Shown here: positions 1-11,999 of the stretch, one piece after another
Position numbering within the stretch: position 1 is the first letter of the stretch
How the letters are laid out: each line of letters begins with the position of its first letter
NCBI GenBank assembly: GCA_030390025.1
Contig: CM059431.1
Span: forward strand, 140,928,001-140,992,000
Source: Squalus acanthias
Lineage: Eukaryota
DNA length: 64,000 nucleotides
Reading direction: 5' to 3'
The notes under the pieces: generated by a model
What the model saw: the letters and a program-made list of their open reading frames with translations, nothing else
Told to the model about the DNA's origin: nothing
Databases searched by the model: none
Made by a program: the position numbers and the translations under genes

Positions 1-983
1 GCGGTTCCTGGGGGACAGTCTTGCGACCGGGGAGATGCCCCTCTCTTGGCGAAGGGTAGTTATCGTCCTGCTGCCCAAGAGGGGTGATCTCCGCCTTTTA
101 AAAAACTGGCGCCCGGTCTCCCTCCTCAGCACGGACTATAAAATTTTTGCCAGGGCCATGTCTGCCCGCCTCGGCACCGTGCTGGCCCACATGATCCACC
201 CCAACCAGTCCTACACGGTCCCGGGCCGGACAATCCACGACCACATCCATCTGGTCTGGGACCTGTTCCACCTTTCCCAGAGGGCTGGTCTGTCGGTCGC
301 CTTCCTTTCCCTGGATCAGGAGAAGGCGTTTGACAGGTTGTATCACGAGTATCTTTTCGGAACTCTGCGCGCATTCGGGTTTGGGACACATTTTGTCGCC
401 CGGATCCGACTTCTGTACGCAGCCGCAGAGTGTCTGATTAAAGTTAACGGGTCTTTGACGGCGTCCCATCGCTTTGGGAGGGGGGTTCGTCAGGGATGCC
501 CCATGTCCGGTCAGTTATACGCCGTTTGCGTGGAGCCTTTCCTGCGCTTCTTGCGGAAGAGGTTGTCGGGACTGGCTCTGCAAGGGCTGGCCATGGAGGC
601 CGTCCTCTCGGCTTACGCTGATGATGTGCTCCTCATGGTCACGGATCCCGTCGACTTGTGGAAGATGCAAGAATGCCAGCAGGTTTACTCGGACGCATCC
701 TCCGCCAGGATCAACAGGGAGAAATGTTCTGGACTCCTGGTGGGCCAGTGGCGGGTGGACTCCCTGCCGGAGGAGTTCAGGCCCTTCGCCTGGAGCACAA
801 CGCACCTCCTCTACTTGGGAGTCTACCTCGGCCCTGCCGAGGATACCTGGCCGGTGAACTGGCAAGAGCTGGAGGCCAAAGTCACCGCTCACCTAGGACG
901 CTGGACGGGCTTGCTCCGAGTGTTGTCCTACAGGGGTCGAGCGCTGGTCATAAACCAGCTGATGGCCGCCATGTTGTGGTACC
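1..983 (+). mobile_element. Tx1-like non-LTR retrotransposon ORF2 (RT domain), 5' part, interrupted by a Gypsy insertion
   Basis: ORF 35-991 has the non-LTR RT motifs NWRPVSLL, SLDQEKAFD, GVRQGCPMS and AYADD. Reading resumes after the insertion as MLWY|RLVTLIPP. Confidence 0.9.
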
Positions 984-1198
984 TGTCATAAATCGCAAGT
1001 AACAACTCAGGAAGTACTTCTGGGCGGCCAGCTGGGGCGCCGTCCAGGGAGTATAAATACTCAGGCATGGGCCCACCTTGGGCAGAGACAATCTGGAAAC
1101 AGGAAGCTAGTGACTGCTAACTGGACCTCCATGTTTTGTTACAAGTTGATTAAAGCCTTGCTTTATGTTCAAGTGCGTAGTGAGTCTTTATTACGTCA
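984..1198 (+). repeat. Gypsy 5' LTR
   Basis: TGTCATAAATC...TTACGTCA. TATAAA at 1052-1057 and ATTAAA at 1149-1154. Repeated at 5280-5494. Confidence 0.95.
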
Positions 1199-1298
1199 AT
1201 TTAATCAACTTGATATCGTCTCCACGCTTTGGGTGATTCGGAACAACCAGCTGCAACTCGAACCACAGAAGGGAACTAGGGCAAGAAACTGATCCATC

Positions 1299-2699
1299 AT
1301 GGAAAAACTCCTTAGACCCGCTCGTCTCGACCTGGACCCGAATGCACCTGCGGCAGCAAAGGTATGGAAGCATTGGTTTCGTACCTTTAGCAACTTTCTT
1401 GAAGAATGTGGGGCGGATGTCCCTAATAAGTTACGAATGCTTATCAACTACGTGTCTCCTCATGTGTATGATTATATTGAGGACTGTATAGTCTATGACA
1501 CTGCTATCGAAATCTTACAGCAGCTATATGTCAAGTCCCCAAATGAAATATTTGCTCGACACCTACTGGCCACAACTCGGCAGCAGCCTGGGGAATCACT
1601 CGATGAATTTCTCCAGAAACATCGCAGGCTCAGCAAGGATTGTAACCTTAAAGCAGTTACAGCTGAACAGTATCAAGAGGAACTAATCCGCGATTCCTTT
1701 ATCAATGGGATCGCGTCCCCTTTTATACGTCAGCGCCTGCTGGAAAATAAAACCCTCAATTTACGGGCTGCTTATGACCAGGCGTGTTCCTTGGACTTGG
1801 CCAAGAAAAATGCAGACACTTATCTCCCACCACGTGCACGGGCGGCGGCTATCTCCTTTAATGAGTCTTTCGGTAGGTCTCGGGCGGATGCCCCCACTGA
1901 TGTTGACTCTACTCTAACGGACGACGACCCTACCCTAGAGGCCTTCGCTGATGACGACCCCGCCCTAGCAGCATCCTGGCAATCAGGAAGAAAGTGTTTC
2001 TTTTGTGGAGGGGCGTGCCATCACAGAAAATTTTGCCCGGCTCGTAATGTGACCTGCAATCATTGCAGCAAGAAAGGACACTTTTCCAAGGTATGCCAGT
2101 CACGGGCCTTTGCTAACAAGAAAGGCCGCTCCTCTAAAGTATACCGGTCGAGAGCTCCTGTTAGCTTCACAGCTGCTATCTATGGAGCTGCTCCTCCCTC
2201 AAGAACTACTGTTAAGGCTACAGTTGCCGAAGGGAAAATTGCCCCTCCTCCCATCACGGCTGTTTTTCCCCAAAGTTTGTTCCATGCAGCCACGAAGGTT
2301 TCAGTAAATGGGCACACTCTAAGCGCGCTAATCGACTCCTGCAGCTCTGACAGCTTCATTAGTAAGCGGGCTGTCAACAGGTTAAAACTGCACATTTATC
2401 CCTCGGACAGGGAGATTGCAATGGCTCTGACGACTCTGACCACCAATTCTTCTGGCTTCTGTCTTGTCAACCTCATCCTCAACGGCCGCATGTATCTCTC
2501 CACCCAGCTCGGAGTACTCGCAAACTTATGCAGCGATGTGCTTCTGGATAGGACTTCCAGAAGCAGCACAAGAAGATCACTTTTGAGTTTGGAGGGTCAA
2601 GGCCAGAGCTTACCATTTCTAAGGTGCCTTTTTGTGCACTCTCGGCGGCCTTACTCGGTGAACCCTCCCTGTTTGCCAATCTTCCCCCCCCCGCTGTAA
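1299..2699 (+). pseudogene. gag: Gypsy gag + aspartic protease (frameshifted near 2550 and at the C9 run 2684-2692)
   Basis: Zinc knuckles CFFCGGACHHRKFC and CNHCSKKGHFSKVC. Protease motif ALIDSCS. The natural continuation DFQKQH...FANL..CKPIATKSRR lies in two shifted frames. Confidence 0.8.
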
Positions 2700-5241
2700 A
2701 CCCATAGCCACCAAATCGCGGCGCTTTAGCCAAGATGATCGAGCGGTTATTGAGGCGGAAATCTCTCGCCTTTTAGTCGACGGTATTATCGAGTCATGTT
2801 CATCTCCCTGGCAGGCTCAGGTCGTCATTGTGAGGAAGCCCTTAAAACAATTTGAAAAACGTCTGTGTATCGATTATTCGCAGACTATTAATCAATATAC
2901 CGATCTGGATGCCTACCCGCTGCCACGCATAGATGACATGGTCAACAACCTTGCCAAATACAAGGTATTCTCGACCTTCGATTTAAAAAGCGCTTACCAT
3001 CAGGTGCCACTGCAAAACTCCGACAAGAACTATACGGCCTTTGAGGCCAATGGTCGGCTTTTTCAGTTTCGCCGCCTTCCATTCGGGGTCACCAATGGGG
3101 TGGCCGTCTTCCAACGGGCCATGGATGGCCTAGTCCGGCAAGAGAACTTGACGGATACCTTTCCGTATTTAGACAATATCACTATTGCCGGCCATGATCA
3201 AAAGGAGCATGACGCCAATCTTCAGAGATTTTTTGACGTACTCCGCCGTCGCCACTTAACGTTAAACGAATCCAAATCGGTGAAGTCGGTGCCATCGGTG
3301 AACATTCTTGGCTACTGGGTGGGCAACGGCGTTATTAAACCGGACCCAGAGCGACTTTGTCCACTTCAGGAGCTCCCTCCCCCGACGAACCTCGGCTCTC
3401 TTCGTCGGGCACTTGGCATGTTTGCTTATTATGCAAAATGGATACCACACTTCTCCGATAAAATACAGCCCCTGCTCCATGCGAAGTCTTTTCCATTGGA
3501 AGCTACGGCTATTTCTGCCTTCAACCTCCTCAAACGACAGTTGGAGAAAGCCACGCTTCGCTCCATTGACGAAAATCTTCCTTTTGTGGTCGAATGCGAT
3601 GCATCGGAGGTGGCGATCTCCGTTACCTTGAATCAAGGTGGCCGACCCGTGGCATTCCTATCCAGAACCTTGCAGGGTAGCGAGCTCCATTACCCCCCCG
3701 TCGAGAAGGAGGCTACGGCCATCATCGAGGCTGTACGCCAATGGGGTCATTTTCTTGCTCGGCGTCATTTTACGCTTATAACTGACCAGCGCTCTGTGGC
3801 CTTCATGTTGGATAACCGGAGGCGCACGAAAATCAAAAATAATAAAATTCAACTCTGGAGGATGGAGCTGGCTGCCTTTGGATATACTATCTGTTGCCGA
3901 CCCGTCAAACAGAACGTGGCCCCAGATAACTTCACACGGGCATTTTGCTCCTCAATGTCAACGTCGACTCTGGCGGATTTGCATATGGACTTATGCCATC
4001 CTGGTGTGACCCGCATGTTGCACTTTGTGCGCTCCAAAAATCTACCATTTTCAACCGAGGACGTAAAGAAAACATGCTCATCCTGTAGGATTTGTGCAGA
4101 ATTGAAACCACAATTCCTTCGCCCATCAGATGGCTTACTCATACATGCAATGCAGTCTATGCAGAGGCTCAGCTTAGACTTTAAAGGGCCATTGCCTTCG
4201 TCGACAAGGAACACCTACCTACTTACGATGGTGGACGAGTATTCACGCTTTCCCTTCGCCTTCCCCTGCCCTAATATGCTTACCTCTACGGTAATTAAAT
4301 GCCTCGATCAGGTCTTTTCCCTTTGCGGGACGGCCAATTTTATCCACACTGATCGGAGTCCCTCCTTTATGTCGAGTGAACTTAAAAGTTACCTCTCCCA
4401 ACGGGGAATCGCCTCAAGTAGGACGACACCATATCACCCAATCGGTAACGGACAGGTTGAACGATACAATGCCATCATCTGGAACGCTGTCCGTCTGGCA
4501 CTAAGGTCACGCAACCTACCGGACCAGCAGTGGGAAACGGTGCTCCCCGACGTGTTACACTCTATCAGGTCTCTTCTCTCCACATCTACTAATGTCACGC
4601 CTCATGAGCGATTCTTCAAATTCCGGCGTCGCTCTACACATGGGACGTCTCTACCATCATGGTTGGTGGCTCCAGGCCCGGTGCTACTCCGGAGGTTCGT
4701 CCGGTCTGCCAAAAACGACCCTCTCGTTGACGAGGTGGAGTTAACGGAGGTAAACCCCACGTATGCGCACGTACGGTACCCTGATGGCCGGGAGACCACC
4801 GTTTCGCTCCGAGATCTGGCTCCCTGCCCAACCGGTCACACGGGCCCGAATGATGCAGGATCCCACGACGATGATATCAACACTCCGCACCCCTATGAAA
4901 ATGACGCCCCGCTTGGGACATCGGTGGATCTGCTGGCAATGCTACCGGATCAACTCAGGGAGCTGGATGCTCCCCGTAGGATGGCCACCCGAAACCAGGA
5001 CGCCGGACAATCTCCAGCCACGACTCGGGATCAGGCCAGCTCAGCACCTGTGGGGACCCGCACCCGGAGTCATGATATTCCCAGTCCTCCACAGGATGAT
5101 CAAGATGACGCGGACTCTACTGACTTACCGGTACGGGCCAAGCGACCCAGGGACCAGGATACGGTCCGGGGAGACGTGCCTTCCGGTCACAAGCAGAGAG
5201 CTAAATGTCTGCGGCTATTTCTGGTCCGCCTAGTCCATTAA
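2695..5241 (+). CDS. pol: Gypsy pol (RT, RNase H, integrase)
   Basis: LCIDYS, FDLKSAYHQ, LPFG and YLDN in RT. VECDAS, EKEA and LITD in RNase H. HHCC plus LDF, TD and VER in integrase. Confidence 0.9.
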   Translation, partial: CKPIATKSRRFSQDDRAVIEAEISRLLVDGIIESCSSPWQAQVVIVRKPLKQFEKRLCIDYSQTINQYTDLDAYPLPRIDDMVNNLAKYKVFSTFDLKSAYHQVPLQNSDKNYTAFEANGRLFQFRRLPFGVTNGVAVFQRAMDGLVRQENLTDTFPYLDNITIAGHDQKEHDANLQRFFDVLRRRHLTLNESKSVKSVPSVNILGYWVGNGVIKPDPERLCPLQELPPPTNLGSLRRALGMFAYYAKWIPHFSDKIQPLLHAKSFPLEATAISAFNLLKRQLEKATLRSIDENLPFVVECDASEVAISVTLNQGGRPVAFLSRTLQGSELHYPPVEKEATAIIEAVRQWGHFLARRHFTLITDQRSVAFMLDNRRRTKIKNNKIQLWRMELAAFGYTICCRPVKQNVAPDNFTRAFCSSMSTSTLADLHMDLCHPGVTRMLHFVRSKNLPFSTEDVKKTCSSCRICAELKPQFLRPSDGLLIHAMQSMQRLSLDFKGPLPSSTRNTYLLTMVDEYSRFPFAFPCPNMLTSTVIKCLDQVFSLCGTANFIHTDRSPSFMSSELKSYLSQRGIASSRTTPYHPIGNGQVERYNAIIWNAVRLALRSRNLPDQQWETVLPDVLHSIRSLLSTSTNVTPHERFFKFRRRSTHGTSLPSWLVAPGPVLLRRFVRSAKNDPLVDEVELTEVNPTYAHVRYPDGRETTVSLRDLAPCPTGHTGPNDAGSHDDDINTPHPYENDAPLGTSVDLLAMLPDQLRELDAPRRMATRNQDAGQSPATTRDQASSAPVGTRTRSHDIPSPPQDDQDDADSTDLPVRAKRPRDQDTVRGDVPSGHKQRAKCLRLFLVRLVH

Positions 5242-5279
5242 AGGAAGACTGGACTTCCAAACCTTTTAGGGAGGAAGAA

Positions 5280-5494
5280 TGTCATAAATCGCAAGTAACA
5301 ACTCAGGAAGTACTACTGGGAGGCCAGCTGGGGCGCCGTCCAGGGAGTATAAATACTCAGGCATGGGCCCACCTTGGGCAGAGACAATCTGGAAACAGAA
5401 AGCTCGTGACTGCTAACTAGACCTCCATGTTTTGTTACAAGTTGATTAAAGCCTTGCTTTATGTTCAAGTGCGTAGTGAGTCTTTATTACGTCA
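5280..5494 (+). repeat. Gypsy 3' LTR
   Basis: Direct repeat of 984-1198, preceded by the PPT and followed by the TSD GTACC. Confidence 0.95.
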
Positions 5495-6999
5495 GTACCG
5501 GTTGGTCACTTTGATACCTCCCCCTGCGTTTGTCGCCAAGATACAGAAGATGCTCATCGACTTCTTCTGGGACAAAAGGAAGCACTGGGTCTCTGCCGCG
5601 CTTCTGTGTCTCCCGCTTAGGGAGGGTGGTCAGGCGCTGGTGTGCCTTTGCACCCAGGCAGCAACTTTCCGTCTTCAGACGCTGCAGAGATACCTTTGCA
5701 TCGAGAATCCTCCCAGATGGTGTGCGCTGCCGATGTATTTCTTCCGCCAGATGCACGGTCTCAACTATGACATGCAGCTCCTGTTTGTGGAATTGGGCCG
5801 CACGCGAGCCTACCTGTGGGAGCTGCCTGTCTTCTACCAGAAACTGCTATGGGTCTGGAATCAAGTCGCCTCCAGGCGGAGTTCTCTCCGGTCAGGAGTG
5901 GCGGCTCTCCTTCGGGAGACGCTGCTCAGGAATCCTCACCTCCACGTCCGACGGATCGGCTGGCTGGTGGAGGGCAGGGCTGTGCCTGGCAAGGTGACCA
6001 GAGTCGGGGACCTGCTCGATGGCGGAGGAGCGGGCTGGATGGCGACAGAGGAGTTGGCGTGGTGCCTCTCGTGTGTTGACATCTGGCGCGTGACCAAAGC
6101 CATCGAGTCGCTGAAAGTGGCACTGGGCCCAGACTCCACTAGGTGTATCGAGGAGGCTCAAGCACGTGGGGCGATCCCGTCCGAACTGACCTCCGTTCGG
6201 ACGGAATTCCTCATCGGCGCGCGGCCCCGAAACCCCTCTCGGGAACCGGCGCCTCACAAATTGAGCCGTCTCGGGGAAATGCCCTCCGTGCCCTTTAGTT
6301 CTGCATGGAGGGGTTTCCTGTACGGGCTGCTCCTGCACACTTTCCACTTTGTCATCTTCGCCTGCCGTCCGGACATGCCTTGGCATGCCATCTTGCCGTC
6401 CATCAGAGGCGAAGGTCCCTAATGGAGGGCTCTCTACACGGGAGTCCTCCCCTTTTCTACTGGGGACTTGTCCTGGTTGCTGTTGCACGGAGCAGTCCCG
6501 TGCAATCAGTTTTTAAGTAGGTTCACAGACTCCCAGGCCACCTGTCTTTTTTGCTGCCTTGAGGAGTCCATGTTCCATGTGTACGTACAATGTGAGAATA
6601 TTTGAAGGGGCTGCTCCTTGCTTTTTGGTTGCACTTCAGTCCCACGCTCCTGATCTACGGTCACCCGGTGCGGAGGGGAGAGGGCTGGTCAGAGGACCTC
6701 CTCGTAGGACTGCTCCTGGGCCTGGCCAAAGTGGCCATTAACTGGTCCAGGCAGCGGGCGGTCGAGGGGGTCGTTCGGCGCAATTGCCTGCCTCTCTTCC
6801 GCAGCTATGTTCGCGCCCGGGTGGCCTTGGAGATGGAGCACGCGGTGTCCGCCGGCACACTCGAAGCCTTCCGAGACCGGTGGGCGCCGCAGGGACTGGA
6901 GTGCATCGTCTCCCCGGACAACGTTATTTTAGTTTAATGAGATAAGTTTCATTTGAAATTTTGTTAATTTAAAGTAGTTTTATGTTGACTCAAAAAGAG
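5495..6999 (+). mobile_element. Tx1-like ORF2 C-terminal part and 3' end (decayed)
   Basis: Continues the upstream frame (YRLVTLIPPP...FFWDKRKHWV). The decayed C-terminal Cys/His region near 6480-6600 contains stops. AT-rich 3' end. Confidence 0.85.
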
Positions 7000-7432
7000 T
7001 ACAAGGCCTACAATTCAGAGCAGCTGAAGGCAGTTAATTAGGGAAACTAGTTTATTTGTTTCAGGGCCTATAAAAACAAGCTTTGCAGTGCGATTTGCAC
7101 TAAGTGCGGTTTGAATAGAGTGCTGCGAGTTGGGTGAGTCAGGGAGTCTTAACTGTTTGCTAAAATCAAATATTTGTTTTTTCACATTTACAGTTACTGT
7201 TTACTGTTTAAAATCTAACATTTCCCAGCCTTAAGCATGGTTATCAAGGGTTATACAAGGTCTACAATTCAGAGGAGCTGAAGGCAGTTAATTAGGGAAA
7301 CTAAATTAAACTGGTTCTCCTGGAGCAGGGCTCAGCAAGTCCTTGGTTTCAGGGCCTATAAAAACAAGCTTTGCAGTGCGATTTGCACTAAGTGCGGTTT
7401 GAACAGAGTCCTGCGAGTTGGGTGAGTCAGGG
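7000..7432 (+). repeat. Duplicated block upstream of the CR1 (copies at about 7000-7143 and 7254-7432)
   Basis: TACAAGG.CTACAATTCAGAG.AGCTGAAGGCAG...GCCTATAAAAACAAGC...GGTGAGTCAGGG occurs twice. Confidence 0.75.
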
Positions 7433-10400
7433 ATTTAGCTGAGGAGTGGAAGGAGGTGATTCCTTGCTTCACCTTTGCTTTAACTAACTTTTCACCTGTA
7501 GGAATTGGTTCTTATTTTACACCAAGCAAAGAGTCCGAAAGCAGGAGCAGTCAAACAACAACTGTGAAACCGCTGAAGTGACGTCACAACCAGGGAAGGA
7601 GCTGATTGGTAAGTAGGAACTGTTGAGCATTTCCACTGTCCAGTCGTTAAAGGAAAAGTAAGGTCTCTAGTTTAGAGTTAGTAGTTTTTAAAGTGAAGTA
7701 CGGTCCGTAGAGTATTTAATATTATTTAATGTCAAAAATGTAAAGGGAGTAAATATAGGGTAGTACATGGCAGGGCAGCTCGGCTGCGTGGAGTGCTCCT
7801 CCTGCGCTTTGTAGGAAGTCTGGGACACGTTCGGTGTTCAGGGCGAACACATGTGCAGGAATTGTCTCCAGCTGCAGCTACTCGAAAGCCGCGTTTCAGA
7901 ACTGGAGCTGCGGCTGGAGTCACGGTGGAGCATCCGCGAGGCTGAGATCTTCGTGGCTAGCACGTTTAACGTGGTGGTCACACCGCAGGTAAAGAGTGCA
8001 CAGGCAGACAGGGATTGGGTGACCGGCAGACAGAGTAAAAGAACTAGGAAGGTAGTGCAGGAGTCCCCTGGGTCCAACTCCCTCTCCAACAGATTTTCCA
8101 TTTTGGATACTGCTGGGGGAGATGGTTTCGCAGTGGAATGCAGCAACAGTCAAGTCCATGTCACTACGAGTGTCTCAGATGCACAGGAGGGGAGGAAATA
8201 GAGTGGGAGAGCAATAGTGATAGGGGATACTATCGTAAGGGGAACAGGTAGACGTTTCTGTGGCCGCAGACGTGACTCCAGGATGGTATGTTGCCTCCCT
8301 GGTGCCAGGGTCAAGGATGTCACTGAGCAGCTGCAGGACATTCTGAAGGGGGAGGGTGAACAGCCAGAGGTCGTGGTACATGTCGGTACCAACGAAATAG
8401 GTAGAAAGAGGGACGAGGTCATGCAAGCAGATTATAGGGAGCTAGAAAATAAACTAAAACACAGGATCACAAAGGTAGTAATCTCAGGATTACTCCCAGT
8501 GCCACGTGCTCGCGAGATCAGCAATAGTAACATAGACAAAATCAATGCGTGGCTGGAGAGATGGTTAGGAGGGAGGGACTTATATTCCTGAGGCATTGGG
8601 ACCAATTCTGGGGAAGGTGGGACCAGTACAAGCTGGACGGGTTACACCTCGGCAGAAGCGGGACCAATATCCTCGCAGAGGGTGTTGCTGGTGCTGTTGG
8701 GAATGATTTAAATTAGTTTGTCAGTGTGCTGGGAACCTAAGTGTCGGCACAGAACGGAGAGAAACAAAGCTGGAAGTGCAAGTTAGTAAAGTAGTCAGCA
8801 AAACTAGCAGGGAGCATAAACAAAGGCCAACAGTAAAGAGGGTCAAATTGCAGAAAAGTGTTTAACAGACAAAGTTCAAGGCACTTTATCTAAATGCACG
8901 TAGCTGTAGCAACAGGATGGCTGAATTAATGGTAATAATAGAAGTAAATGGGTATGATATAATTGCCATTACAGATAATTGGTTGCAGGGTAACCAAAGC
9001 TGGGAACTGAATGTTCCAGGGTACTCAACAATTAGGAAGTACAGACAAAAAGGAAAAGGAGGTGGGGTAGCGCTGTTAATAATGGATGAGATCGGTACGG
9101 TAGAGATAAAAGATCTTGGCTTGGCAGATCGTGATGTAGAACTGGAATCAGTTTGGGTGGAGCTAAGAAAAAGCAAAGGGTGGAAAACATTGCTGGGAGT
9201 TGCGTATAGGCCACCAAACAGTAGTGGTAATGTGGAGCACAGTATCAATCAAAAGATTAGAAGTGCATATAACAAGGGCAATACGGTAATCATGGGGGGC
9301 TTTAATCTAAATATTGACTGGGCAAATCAAATTACCACTAATGGTGTGGCAGACGAATTCTTGGAATGCATGCGAGATGGTTTCCTGTATCAGTATTTGG
9401 AGGAACCAATCAGGGTACAGGCTATTCTGGCTCTGGTGCTGTGTAATGAGAAAGGGCTAATCAATAATCTTGTGGTAAAGGGGCCTTTAGGGGCAAGTGA
9501 CCAGAATATGATAGAATTTAGCATTAAGTTTGAGAGTGATGCAGTCCAATCTGAAACTAAGGTCTTCAATCTAAGCAGAGGAAACTACAAGTGTATGAGG
9601 GATCAGTTCGCCATGGTAGATTGGGAGACTACACTAAAAGGTATGAAGGTAGACATACAATGGCTAACATTCAAGGAAATAATGCATAATTTGCAACAAA
9701 CATATATTCTTCAACGGCATAAAAACGCAAAATGAAAAGTAATCCAACCATGGCTAACAAAAGAAATTAAAGATAGTATTAAGTCAAAGGAGGAAGCTTA
9801 TAAAGTTGCCAGAAAAAATGGTCAGCCTGAGGATTGGGATCTTTTTTAAATCAGCAAAGGAGGAACGAGAAATTGATAAAGAAATGGAAAATGGCATATG
9901 AGCGCAAACTATCGAAAAATATAAAAACAGATTGTAAAATCTTCTATAGGTATTTGAAAAGGAAAAGACTGGCGAAGGTAAATGTAGGTCCTTTACAGTC
10001 AGAGATGGGAGAATTTATAATGGGGTATTAGGAAATGGCCGTTAAATTAAATAAATACTTTGTTTCTGTCTTCAAGGTGGAAGACACAAAAAACCTCCCA
10101 GAAATACGAGAAAACCATGGGTGTGACGAGAATGAGGAATCAAAGAAATTATTATTAGTAAAAAAGAAGTAACAGCAAAATTAATGGGACTAAAAGTCGA
10201 TAAATCCCAAGGACCGGATGACTTACATCCTAGGGTTTTGAAAGAGGTGGCCATTGGGATAGTGGACGCATTGGTTGTCATCTTCCAAAATTCTATACAT
10301 TCTGGAACGGTTCCTGCAGATTGGAGGATAGCAAATGTAACCCCGCTATTTAAGAAAGGAGGGAGAGTGAAAACGAGGAACTACAGACCTGTTAGCCTCA

Positions 10401-11785
10401 CATCAGAAGTTGGGAAATGCTGGAATCTATTATAAAGGATTCAATAACTGGACACTTAGAAACTAATAGTAAGATTGGGCAGAGTCAACATGGATTTAAT
10501 AATGAGAAGTCCCGTTTGACAAACCTATTGGTGTTCTTTGAGGATGTAACTAGTGGAGTAGACAAAGGGGAACCGGTAGATGTGGTGTACCTGGACTTTC
10601 AGAAGGCCTTTGATAAGATCCCACACAAGAGGTTGGTGAACAAAATTAGCGCACATGGAATTGGGGGTAATATACTAGCATGGATTGAGAATTGGTTAAC
10701 AGACAGAAAACAAAGAGTAGGGATAAACGGGTCTTTTTCAGAATGGCTGGCTGTGAATAGTGGGGTACCGTATGGATCGGTGATTGGGCCCCAGCTATTC
10801 ACAATCTATATCAATGATTTGGACCAGGGGACTAATTGTAACATTTCCAAATTTGCTGATGATACAAAGCTAGGTGTAAGTGTCAGTTGCGAAGAGGATG
10901 TGAAGAGGCTTCAAGGGGATCTCGACAGGCTCAGTGAGTGGGTGAGAACATGGCAGATGGAATATAATGTGGATAAATGTGAAGTTTTCCACTTTGGTAG
11001 AAAAAACAGAAAGGCAGTGTATTTCCTAAATGGTGAAAGATTGGTGAATGCAGATGCTCAAAGGATCTGGGTGTCCTTGTACGTGAGTCATTGAAAGTGA
11101 ATGTGCAGGTGCAGCACGACATTAGGAAGGTAAGTGGTATGCTGGCCTTCATTACAAGAGGATTTGAGTACAGGAGTAAAGAAGTCTTACTCCAATTATA
11201 TAGGGCCTTGTTGTGACCACACCTGGAGTACTGTGTACAATTTTGGTCTCCTTACCTGAGGAAGAATATAGTTACCATAGAGGGAGAGCAACGAAGGTTC
11301 ACGAGATTGAATCCTGGGATGGCGGGACTGTCGTATAAGAAGAGATTGAGTAAACTAAGCCTGTATTCTCTTGAATTCAGCAGTTTGAGAGGGGATCTTA
11401 TTGAAGCTTACACAATTATTATAGGGCTTGAAAGGATGGATGCTGGGAGAATGTTTCCCTTGGCTGGGTGTGTAGAAACAGGGGCCACAATCTCAGGATA
11501 AAGGGTAGGCCATTCAGCACTGAGAGGAGAAGAATTTTTTTTCACACAGAGGGAGGTGAATCTTTGGAATTCTCTGCCCCAGACTGTGGAGGCTCAGTAA
11601 TTGGGTATATTCAAAACAGAAGTCGAGAGATTTCTGACTAGTAAAGGCATGAGGGCAATATGGCGATAGGGCCGGTGAATGGAGTTGAGGCAGAAGATCA
11701 GCCATGATCTCATTGAATGGTGGAGCATTCTCGATGGGCCGAATGGCGTGCTTCTGCTCCTATTTCTTATGTTCTTATGTTCTTA
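7433..11785 (+). mobile_element. CR1 LINE, near full length, decayed (ORF1 zinc finger + SGNH esterase; ORF2 APE + RT)
   Basis: ORF1 ATG at 7767 with IGD(S/T)IVRG and VHVGTN. ORF2 fragments [13 protein letters not shown] and KFADD. (TTCTTATG)n tail at about 11764-11785. Confidence 0.9.
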
Positions 11786-11999
11786 AATTAAACGAAAGTT
11801 CATAAAACTAAATTTAATTTGAAATAAATGAAATTAAATTAAATTAATTACATTTAATTAAATCTAGTTTATTATGTAGCACTTTAGGCATGACAGAATT
11901 AATATCCGAGTTGCATTGGCCAGTGATATTTGTTCCAATTCTCGTGTTCTTTGCTTGTAGAGTTGTAGACTGAACTGATATCCCAGGGTGACGGACTTG

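Larger units (their letters stand above)
984..5494 (+). mobile_element. Gypsy/Ty3 LTR retrotransposon, full length (Mag/K02A2.6-like)
   Basis: 215-bp TG..CA LTRs at 984-1198 and 5280-5494 (about 5 differences by eye). 5-bp TSD GTACC at 979-983 and 5495-5499. Domain order gag-PR-RT-RH-IN. PPT AGGGAGGAAGAA precedes the 3' LTR. Confidence 0.95.
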
